Position numbers and translations under genes: made by a program. This document shows positions 58,010 through 64,000 of a stretch of 64,000 nt of DNA, one piece after another (the first letter of the stretch is position 1; each line of letters starts with the position of its first letter). The stretch comes from Candidatus Magasanikiibacteriota bacterium (GTDB taxonomy: Bacteria > Patescibacteriota > Patescibacteriia > Magasanikbacterales > GWA2-37-8), in assembly GCA_963840935.1 (NCBI GenBank), contig CAWJAS010000001.1, forward strand, positions 256,875-320,874, read 5' to 3'. The notes under the pieces are model-generated. The model was given only the letters and a program-made list of their open reading frames with translations, ran no database searches and was not told where the DNA came from.

Positions 58010-58300
58010 GTGTCTGCGGTTGAAGAAATTACGCCATCATCGGAAACAATCATGCCAACTCCGGAAACAATGGAAAATCCGCCGGAAGATATTTTTGAAT
58101 TGAAAAACACGGGCGAGATTAAAGAACAATATGAACTAATTCAAAAACTATCTTTGCGCTTGGGAGAAGCGCGGAACAGATTAAAAGAAGCGTTTGTAAA
58201 AAAAGAAAAGGCATCGGGTTTTGTCGGGAAATTCAAAAAAATGTTCGGTTCAAAAGATTCTGAAATCAGCCAACCAAGAATACGAGACCGCTTGGAATGA
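58010..58300 (+). CDS. Probable 5' fragment of the large 58221 gene, in a different frame
   Basis: Plausible protein sequence in both frames across 58221-58300, consistent with an indel. Confidence 0.3.
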   Translation: MSAVEEITPSSETIMPTPETMENPPEDIFELKNTGEIKEQYELIQKLSLRLGEARNRLKEAFVKKEKASGFVGKFKKMFGSKDSEISQPRIRDRLE

Positions 58301-60998
58301 ATACGCGAATTTGCAAAAAGAAATGATTGAAGCAAGCCAAGCCCAAGCAGGAAATTTGCGTGAATTTTTGAACCAAGAATCAAGCGATTTGCAGGCAAAA
58401 ATCGGGGAGTATTATAAAGGAAAAGAAAATATTATTTCCAAGGTTTGGCGCCGTTTGGGCGAAATGAATCTGGCAAATTATTTGGAAAAAAAATCCGCCA
58501 CTGTTAAGGCAATGGAAGAACAGGGCGAGGAGATTGGAAAATGGGATAAATTTTGGGCTAATCGAGCAAAAGAATTGGAACAAAGCAATAAACTGTATAA
58601 AATCGGTGCCAAAGTTTTGAGCGTCAGATTGGGGCTTTCCATGGGTCTTCTTGGTGGAGGTATTTTTGGCATACCGGGCGCGGCCGTTGCCCGTGGCGCT
58701 TTTGTTGGCCTGGGTTCTGCCATGGGTTCGCGCCATTTGGAAGACGCGGCACAAAACAAAATTCAGCGCTGGCTTGGGAATCGCGGAGAATTTTATTCTT
58801 CAAGCGAAGAAGCGCAAAAGATAATGGCTGAAAAATACGGTCTTGTTGAAAAAACCATGGATGAAGGCGCGGACCCGAATGAACCGGAAGACAAAAAAAC
58901 CGTTCGCAGACGCAAAAAATTTGAAAAATTACTTGGGCAAGCGGAAAAAGAAATACTTGGTTTTGAATCATTGCCGGTTGATAAAAGAATAGAAAAAATA
59001 CAAGAAAAAATTTCCGCCATTGAGGCCTATGCCTATGTTAATGGATTGGATTTGTCAAAAGATACAAGTTATCAGCAATTGATAATGGCGCGCGAAATAA
59101 ACATGGAGAAATTTTTGTCGGAAAAAGCTGTGGAAATTGGCGATGACCGGCCGGTAGTTCGTCCGGATTCTTTGGAAGATGCAATGGCATTTTTGGAATC
59201 ACGAAAAAAAGAATTGGCAAAAACAGCAGAAAAAGTCGCTGGTGAAAAAAAATTACGCTGGGCCAAAAGATTGGTCTCAGTCGCGGTCGGAGCAGTATCC
59301 GGTACTTATGCCTATTTAGCCACTTTAAGTCGAGCAGAACTTTTTAACGGTGGCGGTTCCACAACAGAAGCCACTCCCGCGCCTATTGCGCCCGTTGTGG
59401 AAGCCGGAAGTCCTGCGCCAACTTCAAATATTGGAGAATTTGGGGTAGGTGAAAATGTTGTTATGGAGGATGAATTAGTACCAATGAATTCCGAAGATTT
59501 GGCAATGGTCAAAAATTTTGTCACGGTTGCCGATGGAAATGAAAAAGTAATGGAAGCTTTTAATAAAGCAATAAACGAAGGCCGTTCGCCAAAAGAAATT
59601 TATGAATCGTTCATGGTTCACAAAGGTGATGGTATGGAGAGAATTCTGCAGAGGCAATTAACCGTAAATCCCGAGAAATTTGGTTATCAGGGTGATTTGG
59701 AAGACGCAAACGCGATAAAAAAATGGGCCGGACGAGAAGCCAGTTTGATTGCGCAAAAACAGGGTATTGCCGACAAATATTTTGTTTATAATGAAAATAA
59801 ACCTCAGTTTTTAATTTTAAATGAAGATAAATCAGTTGATTCTCTTGGCCGTCTTCACCATGTCTCCGAAATTTTAAAAGCCAAAGCGGTTGAGGCGGCT
59901 CGTTTGGCAGAGGATTCGGCGGAACAAGTTTCACCACCATCGTCTGAAGGTGGCGTGTTTGAAGTTCGGCAAGTGATTGATGCTATGGCCGGTGGGCCAA
60001 AAATGATGACCAATGCTGAACAAATAGAATTCGACAATTTATTTGATAGCGGTAAATACGAAGAAGCGATGGAGTATATGTTGGAGCATCGGACGCGTGG
60101 ACCGATTTTTGAGTTATCGGATGGTACGCAGGTGCACAGAGCCGATATCGGCGGGTGGGAAGGAAACGCGCCGGATATTGAACTTCCAAGCGGTTCCAAA
60201 ATTGAATTTTTAGAAAATTCTACTATAGCCAACTGGAAACCGTCCTCTGGACCAACCATAGACATGGATGAATATTTGGCCGAAAGAAGCATCCCCGAAA
60301 AATTGGTTGGAATAGTCGGGGAAGGAAAAACTGACCAGTTTTTATATCATGAGCGGATGGGTCGTATTAATGACTACAGTCAGGCGCTTGAGCAAGTTAA
60401 TCCGGATTCTGATGAATACAAGGCAATTGTTAATAAATTAAAAAGAGAATTTGAATTATTTAATCAAGACACCGGGCAAGATCCATCAGAATTTTTTAGC
60501 AAGGATATTATTGATAGAATTAATTTCGAATCTGTCGCGCCAAAGCCGGCAGTTGACTTTGAAGCTAACGAACCCCTTGACCAAGAAGAAATAACGACAC
60601 AGATTTTTGAGTCCGCGCCTTTGAATTCAGTTAATACCAGGTATGGTGATATAAAATTTGATTATGATAACGGCCAACCCACAGCATTCGATTTGCCGGA
60701 TATTCCGAGAGATGCCCAAAAATCGTTGGTTAGTGTATTGGCATCGTCTGAAACCGGCGAAGTTACAGCTTCTTCTTTATCATCAAATTTGGATGTTGTT
60801 CATTGCGAATTGGTTGATGCATATAATAAAATTTATATTGATATGCAAAATCAGGGTTTGCAAAATACCGCTGAAGCAAGGTTTATGAAAGATAAAATTA
60901 GGGAATTGGCGATGACTATTTCAGAGAACACTTCAAAATCGCCAGAAGAATTATTCAACGATGATATTGTCAATCGATATAATTTAAAAAATAATTAA
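58221..60998 (+). CDS. Large hypothetical protein of 925 aa with Gly-rich membrane segments and coiled-coil regions
   Basis: Long ORF. Putative TM segments LSMGLLGGGIFGIPGAAVARGAFVGLGSAMG and VSVAVGAVSGTYAYLA. Confidence 0.55.
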   Translation: MSGNSKKCSVQKILKSANQEYETAWNEYANLQKEMIEASQAQAGNLREFLNQESSDLQAKIGEYYKGKENIISKVWRRLGEMNLANYLEKKSATVKAMEEQGEEIGKWDKFWANRAKELEQSNKLYKIGAKVLSVRLGLSMGLLGGGIFGIPGAAVARGAFVGLGSAMGSRHLEDAAQNKIQRWLGNRGEFYSSSEEAQKIMAEKYGLVEKTMDEGADPNEPEDKKTVRRRKKFEKLLGQAEKEILGFESLPVDKRIEKIQEKISAIEAYAYVNGLDLSKDTSYQQLIMAREINMEKFLSEKAVEIGDDRPVVRPDSLEDAMAFLESRKKELAKTAEKVAGEKKLRWAKRLVSVAVGAVSGTYAYLATLSRAELFNGGGSTTEATPAPIAPVVEAGSPAPTSNIGEFGVGENVVMEDELVPMNSEDLAMVKNFVTVADGNEKVMEAFNKAINEGRSPKEIYESFMVHKGDGMERILQRQLTVNPEKFGYQGDLEDANAIKKWAGREASLIAQKQGIADKYFVYNENKPQFLILNEDKSVDSLGRLHHVSEILKAKAVEAARLAEDSAEQVSPPSSEGGVFEVRQVIDAMAGGPKMMTNAEQIEFDNLFDSGKYEEAMEYMLEHRTRGPIFELSDGTQVHRADIGGWEGNAPDIELPSGSKIEFLENSTIANWKPSSGPTIDMDEYLAERSIPEKLVGIVGEGKTDQFLYHERMGRINDYSQALEQVNPDSDEYKAIVNKLKREFELFNQDTGQDPSEFFSKDIIDRINFESVAPKPAVDFEANEPLDQEEITTQIFESAPLNSVNTRYGDIKFDYDNGQPTAFDLPDIPRDAQKSLVSVLASSETGEVTASSLSSNLDVVHCELVDAYNKIYIDMQNQGLQNTAEARFMKDKIRELAMTISENTSKSPEELFNDDIVNRYNLKNN

Positions 60999-61018
60999 TT
61001 AAATTAATAAAAAGACAT

Positions 61019-63082
61019 ATGTTACAAACACATATTAGCACAAAAGTCGGTGTGATTATTTTAACAGCCACTCTTGTGATTTGCGCCGGAATTTTATTTT
61101 TTTTGGCGTCAAAGCTGGATTTTGAAATTTCATTTAATCCGGCGACTCCGGGCATCAAAATTACTGAAGATGTTTTTGAAGTTGATGCGGGTGAGTTAAA
61201 AAAATTCGCTTCCTTGGATGAATTTAAAAAATATTTATCAGATAACCAAAGCGATTCGAATTATTACGGAATCGGCATGGGGTCGGCTCGTAATGAAGCG
61301 GTATCGATGGATGTCGCCATGGAATCATCCGCCGGTGGTGTGGCGCCAAAGACAGCCCCGATGCCGGCCACGGATTCTTCTCAATCGCTTTCGGCTGATC
61401 GAGTTTCCGAGACCAACGTTCAAGTGATTGGGATTGATGAGCCGGATATTGTGAAAACAGACGGCAAAGAAATATATTATTCAAGAAGTGGAGGATATTA
61501 TCCTTGGCGCGGGGGAACAACGCCGGAAATAATGGTAGAAAAGGCAATAATGCCATATCCGGATTATAATAAAGGACAAACTGATTTAATCTTGGCTTTT
61601 CCGCCGGACACAATGAAAAAAGATTCCACGATTGAGCAAAGCGGTAATTTGCTTTTGGACGATAGTACTTTGATAGTGCTTTCCAATGACCAAAAAATAT
61701 TGGCTTACGATGTTTCCAATAAGGCGGAACCAAAAGAAAAATGGACGGCAAAATTAGGTGACAGAGAATACTTGGTTAACGCTCGCTTAATGGACGGTAA
61801 AATTTATTTAGCCACTCGACACGGAATTGATTACAATAACCCGTGTCCGATTGTTCCTATGGTTGTCGGTGATAATGAAGTTACGATTTCATGCTCGGAT
61901 ATTTATTATCCAAGCAGAGGCGGATACGCGGACGCCACATATAATTTTATGATTATGGATGTGGATGACGGCAAAGTGGAAAAGAAAACGTCATTTATCG
62001 GTTCGTATGGCCAAACCGTATTTTATATGTCGGAAAAAGCGATTTATTTGACCTATCCCGTTCAAATCGATTCAACGCAAATTGCTTATAAGTTTTTTTC
62101 AGAAAATTCAGATATTGTGCCAAGCTGGGTGATTGAACGGCTTGCTAAAGTAAGTTCGTATGACTTGAGTCCGAGCGCCAAGTCGGCTGAATTGTATTCT
62201 ATTCTTGAAAAATATAGAAATTCTTTGAATAACGACCAAATGTTAAAAATGGAAAATGAAATGACCAATAGAATGGAAAAATTTTATTCCGTACATCGCC
62301 GTTCAATAGAAAAAACCGGAGTTATCAAGGTGTCTCTTGATAATTTTTCCGCTATCGTTGGTGAAGTACCCGGCGCTCCTTTAAATCAATTTTCGCTTGA
62401 TGAATACGACAATCATCTGCGGATCGCCGTGACAATTGGGCAGAATTGGTGGGGGATTGCCGGTTTTGGGTCAAGCGGAAAGACCGTGAGCGATGTTTAT
62501 GTTTTGGACAAGAATTTGGATATTACAGGCTCGGTTAAAGATTTGGGCGAGACAGAAAGAATTTATTCAGTTAGATTTATTGAAGATCGCGGTTATGTCG
62601 TCACATTCCGTCAAATTGATCCTTTCTATGTTCTTGATATGAGTAGTCATACAAATCCGGTAATGCGCGGGGAATTAAAAATTCCGGGGTATTCTTCATA
62701 TTTGCATCCGTTAGCTGAACACAAAGTTCTCGGCATCGGGCGCGATGAAAATAAAGTAAAATTATCAATTTTTGACACCACTCGGGCTGAAGATCCAAAG
62801 GAAGTGGATAAATATTTACTGAGTGAATATTGGTCAGAAGCGTTAGATAATCATCGAGCGTTTCTTCAGGATAAAAAGCATCAAGTGATATTTATTCCCG
62901 GAAGTCAAGGTGGATATGTGTTCAGTTACGCCGGAGATAAGCTTAAATTAGAAACAGCTGTAAGCGGATCGAATATTTCGCGGGCTATTTATTTGAATGA
63001 CTACATGTATTTAATTGGCTCGGAAAAGATCATAGTTCTCGATGAGAAAACATGGGAAAAAATTAAGGAATTTGACCTGTAA
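61019..63082 (+). CDS. Secreted beta-propeller-domain protein (Beta_propel-like family, common in CPR and archaea)
   Basis: N-terminal signal anchor. The C-terminal region (YSVRFIEDRGYVVTFRQIDPFYVLDMSSHTNPVMRGELKIPGYSSYLHP) is typical of that family. Confidence 0.6.
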   Translation: MLQTHISTKVGVIILTATLVICAGILFFLASKLDFEISFNPATPGIKITEDVFEVDAGELKKFASLDEFKKYLSDNQSDSNYYGIGMGSARNEAVSMDVAMESSAGGVAPKTAPMPATDSSQSLSADRVSETNVQVIGIDEPDIVKTDGKEIYYSRSGGYYPWRGGTTPEIMVEKAIMPYPDYNKGQTDLILAFPPDTMKKDSTIEQSGNLLLDDSTLIVLSNDQKILAYDVSNKAEPKEKWTAKLGDREYLVNARLMDGKIYLATRHGIDYNNPCPIVPMVVGDNEVTISCSDIYYPSRGGYADATYNFMIMDVDDGKVEKKTSFIGSYGQTVFYMSEKAIYLTYPVQIDSTQIAYKFFSENSDIVPSWVIERLAKVSSYDLSPSAKSAELYSILEKYRNSLNNDQMLKMENEMTNRMEKFYSVHRRSIEKTGVIKVSLDNFSAIVGEVPGAPLNQFSLDEYDNHLRIAVTIGQNWWGIAGFGSSGKTVSDVYVLDKNLDITGSVKDLGETERIYSVRFIEDRGYVVTFRQIDPFYVLDMSSHTNPVMRGELKIPGYSSYLHPLAEHKVLGIGRDENKVKLSIFDTTRAEDPKEVDKYLLSEYWSEALDNHRAFLQDKKHQVIFIPGSQGGYVFSYAGDKLKLETAVSGSNISRAIYLNDYMYLIGSEKIIVLDEKTWEKIKEFDL

Positions 63083-63140
63083 AACAGGCTATTTTGGGCG
63101 ATAAATGCCGATTAACAGGCATTTATCGCTACTATTTGTC

Positions 63141-63169
63141 TTGACAAAAAGCGTAAAATAAATTACTAT
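63141..63169 (+). promoter_or_regulatory. Sigma70-like promoter (TTGACA-17-TACTAT)
   Basis: Consensus -35 hexamer with a 17-nt spacer, 12 nt upstream of the 63181 ATG. Confidence 0.4.
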
Positions 63170-63180
63170 ATCGGCGATTT

Positions 63181-63516
63181 ATGTTTGGTGCAAAAAAAAG
63201 CCGTCTCTCATGGCATGACGCATTAAAATTCATTAATAAATGCCCTTCTTGCGGAGCCGTTTACTCCACAGACAAAGCGCGTCTTTTTGCGCAAAGTAAT
63301 TCCGCCAACCTGGTGCACATTACTTGTTCTGATTGCGGAGGGGGATTCATCGCGATGATTTTGGTGATGAATCAAGGCATCAGCACAATCGGCATGCTTA
63401 GTGATTTAAGCTTTGAGGATGCTGAAAGGCTTTATACCCTTCCGCCGATAAGTATTGATGAGTTAATTGAAGGCAGAGAAGCAGTAAAAAAATTTGTTTA
63501 CCCATTAAGTATTTAA
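63181..63516 (+). CDS. Hypothetical zinc-ribbon protein of 111 aa
   Basis: CPSCGAVY ... CSDCGG. Probably leaderless or short-leadered. Confidence 0.4.
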   Translation: MFGAKKSRLSWHDALKFINKCPSCGAVYSTDKARLFAQSNSANLVHITCSDCGGGFIAMILVMNQGISTIGMLSDLSFEDAERLYTLPPISIDELIEGREAVKKFVYPLSI

Positions 63517-63524
63517 TAGTTGAA

Positions 63525-64000
63525 TATGTATAAATTGTCCGCGGTTAGACGCGAAATTAAAGGAGAAAAAGTTCGAAAAGAAGGCTTATTGCCGGCCGTT
63601 GTTTATGGCGCCGGTTCAAGCGAATTGGAATCCATTTCACTGGTGTATAATGATTTTTTAAAATTATATAATGAAGCTGGCGAGTCATCTTTGATTGATT
63701 TTGATATAGATAATAAAGATGCCGGAAAAATTTTGGTACACTCCGTTCAATATGATCCGGTATCAGGACGCGTGGCGCATGTTGATTTGAGAAAAATCGA
63801 TATGAAAAAGATTATTGACGCCTCCATTGAATTGGTTTTCATAAACGAAGCCCCGGCGGTTAAAGAGCTGGGTGGAACATTGGTAAAAAACTTTGACAGT
63901 ATTGATGTCGAATGTTTACCGGAAGATTTGATTAATCATATTGATGTTGATTTATCCACGCTCAAAACTTTTGACGACGCAATTACAGTGGCTGATTTGG
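63525..64000 (+). CDS. rplY: Ribosomal protein bL25 (general stress protein Ctc family), 5' portion (3' end lies outside the window)
   Basis: MYKLSAVRREIKGEKVRKEGLLPAVVYGAG ... typical of L25/Ctc. The ORF is open to the window end. Confidence 0.75.

Overview
This window is AT-rich DNA from what looks like a small-genome, Patescibacteria/CPR-like bacterium; the lineage is inferred from gene content and style only. About 28 kb at the 5' end is an accessory cell-surface locus. The remainder is mostly conserved housekeeping genes (leuS, comEC, nusA, yidC, groES-groEL, uvrB, uvrA, uvrC, the 3' end of infB, trxA and the 5' end of rplY) mixed with lineage-specific hypothetical genes.

The accessory locus contains two operon-like runs of secreted fibre proteins. 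The first run encodes proteins of 345, 624 and 2930 aa. The second is a giant gene of about 11.7 kb that is interrupted three times. Both are built from shuffled modules: phage-tail-fibre repeats, YadA-head/Hep_Hag-like repeats and Cys-rich caps. Gene 1 also carries an internal S74-type intramolecular-chaperone autoproteolysis domain.

Each giant gene is followed by a short and a long lipoprotein with a DUF1566/Lcl-like C-terminal domain (likely C-type-lectin-like). These four genes are GC-rich, and each sits in its own cassette with a near-consensus promoter and a terminator. The whole fibre-plus-lipoprotein unit is therefore tandemly duplicated. The four lipoproteins share a conserved scaffold, a hypervariable C-terminal segment, a conserved GC-rich 3' end and a downstream hairpin. 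That layout resembles targets of diversity-generating retroelements, but no reverse transcriptase or template repeat is present in this window.

A family of ~75-nt palindromic MITE-like elements (GTCATTGCGAG...CTCGCRATGAC) is inserted in-frame into leuS (three copies) and uvrA (two diverged copies). A further copy sits in the groES 5' UTR, just downstream of a CIRCE-like operator.

Several genes carry clustered single-nucleotide frameshifts or in-frame stops: giant gene 2, uvrB, a CHASE2 cyclase and others. This points to either local assembly indels or pseudogenisation. No rRNA, tRNA or CRISPR array was recognised.
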